Source: Patescibacteria group bacterium
Lineage (GTDB): Bacteria > Patescibacteriota > Microgenomatia > UBA8517
Length of the DNA: 64,000 bases
Assembly: GCA_041742135.1 (NCBI GenBank)
Contig: JBGSJG010000008.1
Location: 162,902 to 226,901, forward strand
Direction: 5' to 3'
Under the pieces are notes generated by a model that was not told the DNA's origin, did no database searches, and saw only the letters and a program-made list of their open reading frames with translations. Made by a program: the position numbers and the translations under genes. Shown here piece after piece: positions 39,201 to 48,535 of this stretch. The first letter of the stretch is position 1. Every line of letters starts with the position of its first letter.

Positions 39201-39231
39201 TTACAAAACCCGAAACTTTTTGTGGTACAAT
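39201..39231 (+). promoter_or_regulatory. Candidate uvrA promoter (-35 TTACAA, extended -10 TGgTACAAT) with ACAAAACCCGAA motif in spacer
   Basis: The motif at 39203-39214 is identical as a 12-mer to the lexA site. The probable real start codon is the ATG at 39234 or 39243. Confidence 0.4.
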
Positions 39232-42164
39232 TTATGGTTGCAATGACCCAGGAGTATATACAGGTCAGAGGTGCACGCCAGCACAACCTCAAAAATATTG
39301 ATATCGATATCCCGAAGAACCAGCTAGTGGTTTTTACGGGAGTATCGGGTAGTGGCAAAAGTTCGATGGCTTTTGATACCATATACGCCGAAGGCCAAAG
39401 GCGCTACGTAGAAAGCCTAAGTACTTACGCCCGCCAATTTTTAGGAATTATGGGCAAGCCAGATGTGGATTCTATTTCCGGGCTTTCTCCTGCAATTTCA
39501 ATTGATCAAAAAACGGTTTCTCATAACCCCAGATCTACAGTCGGAACTGTTACTGAAATTTATGATTACATGCGGCTTTTGTGGGCGCGTGCGGGGCATC
39601 CTCATTGTCCGATTTGTGGCCGCGAAATTGCATCCCAATCGGTTGACCAAATTAAAGATGCAATTCTTGCGCTGATCAGATCGACCGCTAAGAAAGATAA
39701 ACGCGCGAGGTTTTTAATTTTGTCGCCAATTGCCCGCGACCGAAAAGGCGAGTTTAGCGCACTTTTTGAAAATCTCAAGGCCAAAGGCTACAAGCGCGTG
39801 CGGATCGACAACATAATTAAAGACCTTGATGAAGACTTCGTTTTAATTAAGACCAACAAGCACTCAATCGATGCTGTAATTGATAGAATCTCGGCAGTTG
39901 AGTCTGACTTGAAAGATGAAGTGTTTGCTAAAAACCTCGAGAATCGACTGGCTGACAGCATCGAACAGGCTTTGAAACTTTCCGAAGGCATGGTAATTGC
40001 GGCGAATATTTTAGACGCCGGGTTTGAAATGCCTGACTTTCCCAAGCAGTTTGAAAACCATCTTTATTCAGAGAAATTTGCCTGTCCGGTCGATAACATT
40101 AATTTGCCCGAAATTGAGCCACGAACGTTTTCCTTTAATTCCCCTCATGGGGCTTGCCCAGATTGTTCGGGACTTGGGAAAATTCTTAAAGTTGACGTCA
40201 AGCTTATTATCGCCCCCGAGCTTTCCATTATGGAAGGCGGAATTATTCCTTATGCCGGCTCGATGGAGCACGACACTTGGCTTTCGAGGCTTGTTTTAAC
40301 AGTGCTTCGCGAGAATGGCGTCGATACATCAATGCCTCTTAAAAAGTATTCCGACGAGCAGAAGAAGATTTTACTTGAGGGCACGGGAAATATAACTTAT
40401 CGAGTGGAAGGCAAAAATCGTTTTGGCAAAACTACTTATATCACTGAAGCTTGGCCCGGAGTTTTGACGGAGCTTGAGCGCAGATATGTTTCAAGTGACT
40501 CGGATTATATAAAGATGGGCATCGAGCGTTATATGACTGAGGTTGTTTGTAAAAGTTGCAGTGGTGCGAGGCTCAAAAAAGAAGCGCTTGGAATTACGAT
40601 TGATGGCAAATCGATTAGCGAAATTTCAGAGCTGTCGACTGTGAAAATGATTGACTGGATGGAGAAGCTGGCCACTAGCAAAATTCTGTCGGCTCGCGAG
40701 CATGAAATTGTGAGTTTGGTGATCAAAGAAATTAGAACCAGACTTAATTTTTTGGTTGATGTGGGCTTAAATTATTTGACTATCGCGCGCGCCGCTTATA
40801 GTCTTTCTGGTGGAGAGGCTCAGAGAATTCGATTGGCCAGCCAAATTGGCTCAGGTTTAACTGGAGTTTTATATGTCTTGGACGAGCCAACCATCGGCCT
40901 TCATCCGCGGGATAACGCGCTATTAATTTCCACTCTTAAAAAAATGAGGGATTTGGGAAATACGGTTGTCGTGGTGGAGCATGATAAAGACGTCATCGAG
41001 TCCTCAGATTATATTTTTGATTTTGGCCCGGGAGCTGGCAAGCATGGCGGGGGAGTTGTGGCCCAAGGCACTTTGACACAGCTATTAAGCGATCAAGACT
41101 CCTTGACTGCAAAATATCTAAGCGGCAGGCGTGAAATTCGCTTTGCCAAAACTAATAATCCCAATGTTACTGGGAAAATCACTCTACGCGGTGCCTCGCT
41201 GTACAATTTGAAAGGCATAGATTTTAGCTTTCCCTTGGGCAAATTTGTTGCAGTCACCGGAGTTTCGGGGTCGGGAAAGTCTACACTTGTTGTCGAAACG
41301 CTATACCACGCACTTGCCAAGTCGGTCAATAAATATCACAAAGAGCCCTCTGGAATTTACGAATCAATTGAGGGAACCCAAAATATTGATAAAGTAGTTC
41401 TGATCGACCAATCTCCAATAGGTCGCACCCCGAGAAGCAATCCAGCGACTTATACAAAAGTATTTGACTTAATTCGCGATGTCTTTGCCGGTACCCGCGA
41501 GGCTCGTGTGATGGGATTTAAAAAAGGTCGATTTTCCTTTAACGTCAAAGGTGGCCGTTGTGAAGTCTGCGAAGGGCAAGGAAAAATCAAAATAGAAATG
41601 CAATTTATGCCCGATATTTGGGTACCTTGTGAGCTTTGCCATGGCAGCCGCTATAACGCCTCAACTTTGGAAGTGACTTATAAAGGCAAAAATATTGCCG
41701 AAGTTTTGTCTATGACAGTCGAGGAAGCAGTTGAATTTTTCCATGTTTACAAGAACATCTCAGAGAAACTCGAGACTCTAAAGGAGGTCGGTTTAAATTA
41801 TATGGAACTGGGGCAATCTGCGACAACCCTTTCTGGAGGTGAAGCTCAGAGGGTCAAGCTTGCGACAGAGCTATCTAAAAAAGCTACTGGTAAAACAGTT
41901 TACATTTTAGATGAGCCGACAACGGGTCTGCATTTTGCAGATTTGGAAAAGCTTGTCGCCGTTCTTAAAATTCTTGTTGAGCGCGGCAACACTGTTGTTG
42001 TGATTGAGCACAATTTGGATGTTATAAAAAATGCTGATTGGGTAATTGAGATGGGCCCCGAAGGGGGAGACGGCGGCGGCAAAATAATCGCAGAAGGGAC
42101 ACCTGAAGATCTTGCTCGTATGGATACTCATACCTCGCGATTCCTTCGAAGCGTAGTAAAATAG
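39222..42164 (+). CDS. uvrA: Excinuclease ABC subunit A
   Basis: Two ABC ATPase modules (GVSGSGKSS... and GVSGSGKSTL), LSGGEAQR signatures and zinc-finger cysteines. The start is probably an internal ATG (39234 or 39243), not the GTG at 39222. Confidence 0.9.
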   Translation: MVQFMVAMTQEYIQVRGARQHNLKNIDIDIPKNQLVVFTGVSGSGKSSMAFDTIYAEGQRRYVESLSTYARQFLGIMGKPDVDSISGLSPAISIDQKTVSHNPRSTVGTVTEIYDYMRLLWARAGHPHCPICGREIASQSVDQIKDAILALIRSTAKKDKRARFLILSPIARDRKGEFSALFENLKAKGYKRVRIDNIIKDLDEDFVLIKTNKHSIDAVIDRISAVESDLKDEVFAKNLENRLADSIEQALKLSEGMVIAANILDAGFEMPDFPKQFENHLYSEKFACPVDNINLPEIEPRTFSFNSPHGACPDCSGLGKILKVDVKLIIAPELSIMEGGIIPYAGSMEHDTWLSRLVLTVLRENGVDTSMPLKKYSDEQKKILLEGTGNITYRVEGKNRFGKTTYITEAWPGVLTELERRYVSSDSDYIKMGIERYMTEVVCKSCSGARLKKEALGITIDGKSISEISELSTVKMIDWMEKLATSKILSAREHEIVSLVIKEIRTRLNFLVDVGLNYLTIARAAYSLSGGEAQRIRLASQIGSGLTGVLYVLDEPTIGLHPRDNALLISTLKKMRDLGNTVVVVEHDKDVIESSDYIFDFGPGAGKHGGGVVAQGTLTQLLSDQDSLTAKYLSGRREIRFAKTNNPNVTGKITLRGASLYNLKGIDFSFPLGKFVAVTGVSGSGKSTLVVETLYHALAKSVNKYHKEPSGIYESIEGTQNIDKVVLIDQSPIGRTPRSNPATYTKVFDLIRDVFAGTREARVMGFKKGRFSFNVKGGRCEVCEGQGKIKIEMQFMPDIWVPCELCHGSRYNASTLEVTYKGKNIAEVLSMTVEEAVEFFHVYKNISEKLETLKEVGLNYMELGQSATTLSGGEAQRVKLATELSKKATGKTVYILDEPTTGLHFADLEKLVAVLKILVERGNTVVVIEHNLDVIKNADWVIEMGPEGGDGGGKIIAEGTPEDLARMDTHTSRFLRSVVK

Positions 42165-42167
42165 ACA

Positions 42168-43967
42168 ATGCGTAAAGCGTTACTTGTCGCAATTATTCTT
42201 TTCTCTTCAATTTTTCCAGCTACTACAAATGCGTCCGAAAACTTTCTATTGGCTTCTGAGGTGACATATGAAGTTTTGGAATCAGGCAGCACTAAAATTT
42301 CTCACTTAATTTCTTTGACAAATGCGGTAACTGAGATTCACGCCACTGACTACACACTTGCACTAAAAGGAGCAAAACCAAGTAGTGTCGAAGCCTATGA
42401 GGATAAAGCGAAGCTTCAGACAGAATTAAGTTATGACGGAGACATGGCTTTAGTGAAAGTAATTTTTGATGAGCCGGTGGTTGGCGTGGGCCAAAAAAGA
42501 GAGTTTAGCGTGAACTACCTTGATGCTTCCATAGTTAAGTCTGCAGGTGACGTCGACGAGATTACGGTTCCTAGGCTTGCAGATGAAACTGAGTACGAGT
42601 CCTATCTCGTGCGCCTTAAAATTCCCACCAGTTTTGGCCGTGCCAGCTATGTTTCTCCAGAGCCGGACAATGTGCTTTCCGACGCAAGTGTCACAACATA
42701 TTACTTTAATAAATCGAAACTCAATACTGCGGGAGTAACTGCCGCAATTGGCGACTTTCAGATTTTTTCTTTCGACCTGACTTATCACCTTCAAAATCCG
42801 CTCGCTGTTGGAACCAAGATGGAAATCGCGCTTCCTCCAGATACTTCTTTTCAAAAAATTATGTACGAATCTCTTAACCCGCTACCGGACAATGTTTATC
42901 AAGACGCGGACGGCAACTGGATGGCAATTTATGGCCTTGCTGCGCGCGAGAGGCTTGATGTTCGGGCAATTGGAACCGCTCAGGTTTATGCTGCAGCCTG
43001 GATGAGCGACAAGTTAAGCACTGAAGACCGGGAAGATAATTTGAAGGAAACGGAGTTTTGGCAGGTGAATGATGAGAAAATTCGCGAAGTTGCAGGAACG
43101 CTAAAAAACCCTAAAGAAATTTACGATTACGTTGTGACAACTCTGACATATAATTACGAGAAAGTTACAGAGGGACCAAAGAGGCCTGGCGCTGTACAGG
43201 CTTTAGCAAACCCATCTCTTGCAATTTGTACGGAGTTTACTGACCTTTTTATCGCTCTGGCCAGAGCCTCTGGAATTCCTGCGAGGGAAGTTAACGGCTA
43301 TGCTTATACGGACAATTCATCACTTAAGCCGCTGTCTTTGGTTAACGATGTCTTGCACGCTTGGCCGGAGTACTGGGACCACGAGGCAAGTATATGGAGG
43401 CCGGTAGACCCAACTTGGGCTAAAACGACAGGTGGCATAGATTATTTTACAAAACTTGATATGCGCCATGTGAGTTTTGTAATGCACGGCAGAAGCTCGA
43501 CGACTCCGATTCCGCCCGGATCATACAAGCTTGGCGCCAATCCCCAAAAAGACGTTTTTATTTCATTTGGCCAACTTACCCCTTCCGCGACAAGCGCGCG
43601 GCTTAACTACTATCAAGAAACAACGCTTCCTTTCGACGGCGCGAATTTGGTAATTGATATCGTCAACCCCGGTCCTGCTGCGCTTTATTCTCAAAAAGCC
43701 TCGATATATTTCGAGGACGAGCTTTACTATGAAAAAGATGTCGAGATCTTACTTCCTTTTGAAAAGCGTAAGTTGGAATTCACGATTCCATATGGATTTT
43801 TGGGAAGCCAAATGCCCGAGAAAGCCAGAATAGTTATTGGCAACACTAGCCATGAGTATAAAACGGATAAAGCTCCAGCAGTATTTAGAGATTTATTTTC
43901 GATCCTATTAATCTCAGGAATTGGGCTACTTTCCGTGTTTATAATAGTCAAGAAATTAAGAAAATGA
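42168..43967 (+). CDS. Extracytoplasmic transglutaminase-like cysteine protease domain protein (signal peptide, C-terminal TM anchor)
   Basis: Core Cys-His-Asp context: CTEFTDLFIALARASGIPAR...HAWPEYW...VDPT. Also an N-terminal signal peptide and a C-terminal hydrophobic anchor. Confidence 0.65.
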   Translation: MRKALLVAIILFSSIFPATTNASENFLLASEVTYEVLESGSTKISHLISLTNAVTEIHATDYTLALKGAKPSSVEAYEDKAKLQTELSYDGDMALVKVIFDEPVVGVGQKREFSVNYLDASIVKSAGDVDEITVPRLADETEYESYLVRLKIPTSFGRASYVSPEPDNVLSDASVTTYYFNKSKLNTAGVTAAIGDFQIFSFDLTYHLQNPLAVGTKMEIALPPDTSFQKIMYESLNPLPDNVYQDADGNWMAIYGLAARERLDVRAIGTAQVYAAAWMSDKLSTEDREDNLKETEFWQVNDEKIREVAGTLKNPKEIYDYVVTTLTYNYEKVTEGPKRPGAVQALANPSLAICTEFTDLFIALARASGIPAREVNGYAYTDNSSLKPLSLVNDVLHAWPEYWDHEASIWRPVDPTWAKTTGGIDYFTKLDMRHVSFVMHGRSSTTPIPPGSYKLGANPQKDVFISFGQLTPSATSARLNYYQETTLPFDGANLVIDIVNPGPAALYSQKASIYFEDELYYEKDVEILLPFEKRKLEFTIPYGFLGSQMPEKARIVIGNTSHEYKTDKAPAVFRDLFSILLISGIGLLSVFIIVKKLRK

Positions 43968-45256
43968 AGACTTTTGCTGCTGAGAAAAAAAACGTTAAAT
44001 TGTTGCCACATGCTCCGGGAGTGTATATGTTTCGTGATGACCAAAAGGTAATTTACATCGGCAAGGCCAAGAACTTATTTAATCGCGTTGGCTCATATTT
44101 TATGAAGGATTTGGAACTTAAGACCTCGCGCATGGTGGCAAGTGCCAAGACGATTTCGTATATCCCCGTTGAGTCAGAATTTGAAGCCTTGCTTTTGGAG
44201 GCAAAACTCGTCAATAAAAATAAGCCTAAATACAACATCGAACTTCGAGATGACAAAAGCCCGTTATATATTGGTATAACCCGAGACGAACTGCCTCGAG
44301 TAATTTTGTTGCGCCAGAAAGAGCTGGCCAGCGCAAAGCTTAAAAATGTTTATGGACCTTTTATAAATTCAACAAGTCCCAAATTGGTTCTTAAAATGAT
44401 ACGAAGAATTTTTCCATTCGGGACACATAAGCCCACCAAGCGTGCCTGTGTCGACAACCAAATCGGCTTATGCAATCCCTGTCCTTCAGAAGTATTGGCG
44501 GATCCAAGTTTGCGCCGTGAATATTTATTAAATATTCGACGAACTAACGCGATATTATCTGGAAAATCAAAACAAGTATTATTGCAACTTCAATCATCTC
44601 GTGACAAGTTTTCAAAAGAGGAAAAGTTTGAAGAAGCTCGAGAAGTGTCGAGTAAAATTCGCGCACTCGAATATACTGTCAGCCGGCGTGAGCTAAATGA
44701 CTCATACTTGGAAAACCCCAATCTTTTGGAAGATATTAGAAAAAAGGAAACCGATCAGTTGGGCAAAATAATAAACAAATTTATAAAAACCCGTCAACTT
44801 AGGCGCATTGAGTGCTTTGATATTGCACATTTGTCTGGAACGTATCCGACCGCATCAATGGTTACTTTTGTCGATGGAGAACCGGACAAGAGTTTGTACA
44901 GACATTACAAAGTTTCCGAAGGCATAAAAAATGACGATCCGGGCTCTATGAAATCGGTTCTTGAGCGGCGAAAGTATAGATTTGATAGTTGGGGAAAGCC
45001 CGATTTAATTATTGTCGACGGAGGGCGTGGGCAGTTGTCCGCGGCTCTTGAAGTATTAGGGAACAGTGTACCGGTTGTTGGCTTAGCCAAAAAACTTGAG
45101 ACTTTGATTTTTATGACAGACAAAGGTTTTGAAGAATTTGTGCTGCCCGAAAGCTCAGCCAAAAAATTGGTTCAACGAATTCGCGATGAAGCACACCGTT
45201 TTGCTCGCTCGTATCATCACAAGCTCGTCAGTCGGGCAATTCGTGAGTCGAAATGA
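43964..45256 (+). CDS. uvrC: Excinuclease ABC subunit C, short form lacking C-terminal (HhH)2 domain
   Basis: GIY-YIG domain (PGVYMFRD...VIYIGKAKNLFNRVGSYF), UVR motif (FEEAREVSSKIRALE) and RNase-H-like endonuclease domain (IECFDIAHLSG). Only 430 aa. Confidence 0.8.
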   Translation: MKTFAAEKKNVKLLPHAPGVYMFRDDQKVIYIGKAKNLFNRVGSYFMKDLELKTSRMVASAKTISYIPVESEFEALLLEAKLVNKNKPKYNIELRDDKSPLYIGITRDELPRVILLRQKELASAKLKNVYGPFINSTSPKLVLKMIRRIFPFGTHKPTKRACVDNQIGLCNPCPSEVLADPSLRREYLLNIRRTNAILSGKSKQVLLQLQSSRDKFSKEEKFEEAREVSSKIRALEYTVSRRELNDSYLENPNLLEDIRKKETDQLGKIINKFIKTRQLRRIECFDIAHLSGTYPTASMVTFVDGEPDKSLYRHYKVSEGIKNDDPGSMKSVLERRKYRFDSWGKPDLIIVDGGRGQLSAALEVLGNSVPVVGLAKKLETLIFMTDKGFEEFVLPESSAKKLVQRIRDEAHRFARSYHHKLVSRAIRESK

Positions 45257-45267
45257 TATAATTTTCG

Positions 45268-45510
45268 ATGAATTTTAATGAGCGGGATTTTTGCCCGTAT
45301 CGTGTTACTAGAGATACTATACAAGAGCCCAAATTTGGGGCTGTTATACCTTTGGATCAGATTCCCGGAGAGGGAATATGCAATCTGAGCAACGACCGCG
45401 AAACCCCATGTCTCTATCCTCGCAGTGCTGAACTCTGCCCACTAAAACGAAACATGGATTTATGTGATAAAAGTTGGGCGAAAGATGCGCCAGACGCTCA
45501 AAGTTTCTAA
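45268..45510 (+). CDS. Possible small Cys-rich protein (80 aa)
   Basis: ORF with five Cys residues in the gap after uvrC. Competes with an overlapping antisense ORF, so it is uncertain. Confidence 0.2.
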   Translation: MNFNERDFCPYRVTRDTIQEPKFGAVIPLDQIPGEGICNLSNDRETPCLYPRSAELCPLKRNMDLCDKSWAKDAPDAQSF

Positions 45511-45896
45511 GAATTTTTCTTCGTTGCCTTTCGGATTTCTTCCTCACTCATGCCAAAGTGATGGCCAATTTCGTGATAAAGAGTTGCCTTAATTTGTTTA
45601 ACCAGCTCTTCTTCGCTTCGGCTGGCAAACATTAATGGCTGCATAAACAGAGAAATTTTATCTGGCAGTGCACCTCCTACGCCGTATCGGCCTCGGCGAT
45701 TTTGAGGTACTCCTTCATATAACCCCAAAAGATTTACGTGTTTCTCGCGCAATTTGAATTTGACGACTTGCTCTTGTGTGGGGAAGTTTTCAAGGAAAAT
45801 ATTAACATTATCAAGACGACTTCGAAATTCTTCAGGCATCTGCTCCAGCGCCAAGGCGATCGCATGTCTGAAATATGCTTCAGTCTCTGGCATCAA
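45507..45896 (-). CDS. Zincin-like metallopeptidase family protein (DUF1025/Zincin_1-like)
   Basis: The C-terminal LYHEIGHHFGMSEEEI motif and the preceding LLGLYEG region are characteristic of this small putative Zn-peptidase family. Confidence 0.6.
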   Translation of the reverse strand: MMPETEAYFRHAIALALEQMPEEFRSRLDNVNIFLENFPTQEQVVKFKLREKHVNLLGLYEGVPQNRRGRYGVGGALPDKISLFMQPLMFASRSEEELVKQIKATLYHEIGHHFGMSEEEIRKATKKNS

Positions 45897-45927
45897 TAAG
45901 CAATCCTACCAGCGGAGTGATAGCGGG

Positions 45928-46971
45928 TCAAGATGAAACTTTTTCCCAGGGGAGGCCGTCTTTGCCAAAGTGTCCATATGCTGAAGTAAGGTGATACAAG
46001 GGCATCCTCAAATTGAGCTTTTTAATGATTTCCAAAGGACGAAAATCATACTTAGAAGTTACAATTTTTGATAAATTTTGCCCTTTTTCGTTTACCGCGG
46101 TAACCATCAAAGGCTCAGCCTTACCGATGGCGTACGATACAGATACAAGCACCTTTTTGCCATGGCCTTGGGCAACAAGGTTTTTGGCTGTATAGCGGCA
46201 CATGTATGCGGCTGATCTATCTACCTTGGTAGGATCTTTACCAGAAAAACAACCACCACCGTGTGGGATTAACCCGCCGTATGTGTCTACCATAATTTTT
46301 CGGCCAGTTAATCCTGTGTCTGCTGCAAAGCCGCCAAGAACGAAACTTCCTGTTGGATTAACCAAGATTTCAATCCCCACAGCACTCCCGACAATTGGTT
46401 TAATAAGCTTATTGATTAAGTATTTTCTAATCTCAGCCTGAGATACATCTTTTTTATGCTGGGTGCTAACAAGGACTGTTTTAACATGACCATTAGTAAT
46501 AGTTACCTGTGTTTTGCCATCCGGCATAAGCCAGTCTGCGTTTTTGCGAAGTGTTTCAAGCCCGTGAGCGAGCTTGTGAGCCAGAACTACCCCAAGCGGA
46601 AGGTACTCGGGGGTTTCATTCGTAGCATAGCCATACATAATTCCTTGATCTCCGGCTCCTCCAATATCAACGCCCTGTGCGATATCTGGTGATTGTTTCA
46701 CTATGTGTGAAATTATTTTCAGTCTGTCGCGATAACCGATATCCGAATATACTTTTTTGGCAATTTTTTCGGCTTCAAAGGTTGCGTTTGTTGTCACTTC
46801 GCCAGCAACTACCAGCAGTCCGTGGGCGCCTAAGCACTCGATAGCGACTCGGGATCTGGGGTCTTGGGCCAAACAAGCATCAAGCACTGCATCGGAAATC
46901 TGGTCGCATACTTTGTCGGGATGTCCGTTCGTCACAGATTCGACAGTGTAGGTTTTATATTGAGGAATCAT
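45928..46971 (-). CDS. metK: S-adenosylmethionine synthetase
   Basis: YTVESVTNGHPDKVCDQISDAVLDA, GAGDQGIMYGYA and GGGCFSGKDPTKVDRSAAY motifs. Confidence 0.9.
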   Translation of the reverse strand: MIPQYKTYTVESVTNGHPDKVCDQISDAVLDACLAQDPRSRVAIECLGAHGLLVVAGEVTTNATFEAEKIAKKVYSDIGYRDRLKIISHIVKQSPDIAQGVDIGGAGDQGIMYGYATNETPEYLPLGVVLAHKLAHGLETLRKNADWLMPDGKTQVTITNGHVKTVLVSTQHKKDVSQAEIRKYLINKLIKPIVGSAVGIEILVNPTGSFVLGGFAADTGLTGRKIMVDTYGGLIPHGGGCFSGKDPTKVDRSAAYMCRYTAKNLVAQGHGKKVLVSVSYAIGKAEPLMVTAVNEKGQNLSKIVTSKYDFRPLEIIKKLNLRMPLYHLTSAYGHFGKDGLPWEKVSS

Positions 46972-47068
46972 GTATCTTTCTATTTAAGCTAGATTTGGCA
47001 CCGCTCTTTTCAAAGAAGGTTGCCGGTGGGTCATCGGGCTAGTTCCCTCGCCACACTCTTGATACTTA
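46972..47068 (-). promoter_or_regulatory. SAM-I (S-box) riboswitch in metK 5' leader
   Basis: The minus strand reads GTATCAAGAGTGTGGCGAGGGAACTAGCCCGATGACCCACCGGCAACC...AAGAGCGGTGCCAAATCTAGC...GATAC. This matches the SAM-I consensus blocks AUCAAGAG, GAGGGA, GCCCGAUGA, GGCAACC and GGUGCCAAAUC. The P1 3' strand GATAC abuts the ATG. Confidence 0.75.
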
Positions 47069-47091
47069 CTAATTCAGTTTAGTCGCAATTT

Positions 47092-47796
47092 TTATAAAGT
47101 CAAATACTTCTTGCGCGTATTTTCAGGAAATCTTTCAATTGCATAACGAAGTGTGGTTCTCGGAAGCTTACGAATGTGTTTGGTTAGAAAAGCCTCAAGA
47201 GCTTTTTGGTCCTTTTTGCCAGCTTCACGCAAAGCCCAGCCAACAGCTTTATGCATCAAGTCCTCGTGGTCGCCTAAAAGCATTTCGGCTATTTTATAAG
47301 TGTCCTCAGTTTGATTTTCGCGTAAAAAAGCAAAGGTGGAAACAATCGCGATTCGGCGCTCCCAAAGCGAGCTCGATTTGGCAAGCTTATACAAAATTTT
47401 TCGGTCACCATTTAGTAAATACTTGCCCACAATTTTGTGGCAAGTTACATCCACCAAATCCCAATTGTTCACATGCTTAGTGTTAGCAAGATAAAAATCA
47501 AAAATCAGCTTTTGGTCAAGATACCGTTTTTCAAACTGATCCACCAAAATTAAAAGCCCAATCATCCGCTCTTCATGATATGGGGACCCTAGCAAGGTCT
47601 TAATGTCTGTAAGAGAAAGGGCTGGGTACTTTTTGGCGATAGCTCTCATTTGGGGAACTGTATGGCCTAAAAAAACATCACCAAATCCGTATTGGCCTTC
47701 ACCTGTTTTAAAGAATCTCTGAGAATGCTGGGCACGAATTGGATCACCTTGGGATCGTATATCTTTTTGGATTTGAAGAAGTGCCATTTTATTCAA
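47092..47796 (-). CDS. DNA alkylation repair glycosylase (AlkD/AlkC-like HEAT-repeat family)
   Basis: HEAT-like repeat protein with DPIRAQHSQRFFKTGEGQYGFGD...ERMIGLLIL...NNWDLVD typical of PF08713. Confidence 0.7.
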   Translation of the reverse strand: MNKMALLQIQKDIRSQGDPIRAQHSQRFFKTGEGQYGFGDVFLGHTVPQMRAIAKKYPALSLTDIKTLLGSPYHEERMIGLLILVDQFEKRYLDQKLIFDFYLANTKHVNNWDLVDVTCHKIVGKYLLNGDRKILYKLAKSSSLWERRIAIVSTFAFLRENQTEDTYKIAEMLLGDHEDLMHKAVGWALREAGKKDQKALEAFLTKHIRKLPRTTLRYAIERFPENTRKKYLTL

Positions 47797-48532
47797 ACCT
47801 GACTGGAATTTCTAGTGCGTCATCGTTTTCGGGAAGCCCAGAGGGGTTATCCTTTTGAAGTATCAAAGCCCCGCGCTTACTAAAGTCTGCATCCCAGCTC
47901 GGGTTTTCAAAAGTAAGTGTTGCGCGAAAAGCTACAAATTCTTCAGTCATCCATTCGTCTTGGGCCTGCGCTATTCCCTCAGCAATAATTTTCCCATCCC
48001 AATCAGTTAAAACAATTGGGAAAGATGCTTCAAAAAACCAAGTCCCGCGTGCCTCACCTCGTATCTCAAGCGGGCTCGCTATAACTTGGTTTGGTTGTGG
48101 ATTTTGAACAGTAATTAAATCATTTTTAGCCTCAGGTGTGTGGGAGGTGTCGTCTACCGAGATAATGCCTTCGATATCATAAATTTTCCAGTGATCAGTG
48201 CTAAGTAGTTCAATCGGCGTAAATCTTCCTGTGATGTTTGTCGCCTGTCCCGCCTGAAAAATCGATGGATCAGCATTTGCTCCAAAATCCAATGCGTAAT
48301 ACTCACCATTTTCCGTTTTTAAGCCAAACGCGCATTCCATGGTGATAGGTCCCGAGGTATCGCGATGGGGAAGACAAACATACTCGCCACTTAGGCTTCC
48401 GTCATAGGGCAAGACATGCTCACTGTCAGCTTGTTTTTGATTGTAAATAAATTGGTTAAAAGTAAAGAAGGCAAACACTGCTGAAGCCGCAAGACCTAAA
48501 AATGCAAAAATAATTACAACTTTCTTATACAT
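47789..48532 (-). CDS. Secreted/anchored protein with C-terminal Gmad2-like Ig domain
   Basis: N-terminal TM. The C-terminal SPLEIRGEARGTWFFEASFPIVLTDWDGKIIAEGIAQAQDEWMTEEFVAF resembles the GerM-associated Ig-like domain. Confidence 0.45.
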   Translation of the reverse strand: MYKKVVIIFAFLGLAASAVFAFFTFNQFIYNQKQADSEHVLPYDGSLSGEYVCLPHRDTSGPITMECAFGLKTENGEYYALDFGANADPSIFQAGQATNITGRFTPIELLSTDHWKIYDIEGIISVDDTSHTPEAKNDLITVQNPQPNQVIASPLEIRGEARGTWFFEASFPIVLTDWDGKIIAEGIAQAQDEWMTEEFVAFRATLTFENPSWDADFSKRGALILQKDNPSGLPENDDALEIPVRFE

Positions 48533-48535
48533 AAG

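Noticed and set aside
39203-39223. Inverted repeat ACAAAA-N9-TTTTGT as the full palindromic operator
   Set aside because: It is present only at the uvrA site. The lexA and ruvC sites share only the AACCCGAA core, so the palindrome may be incidental.
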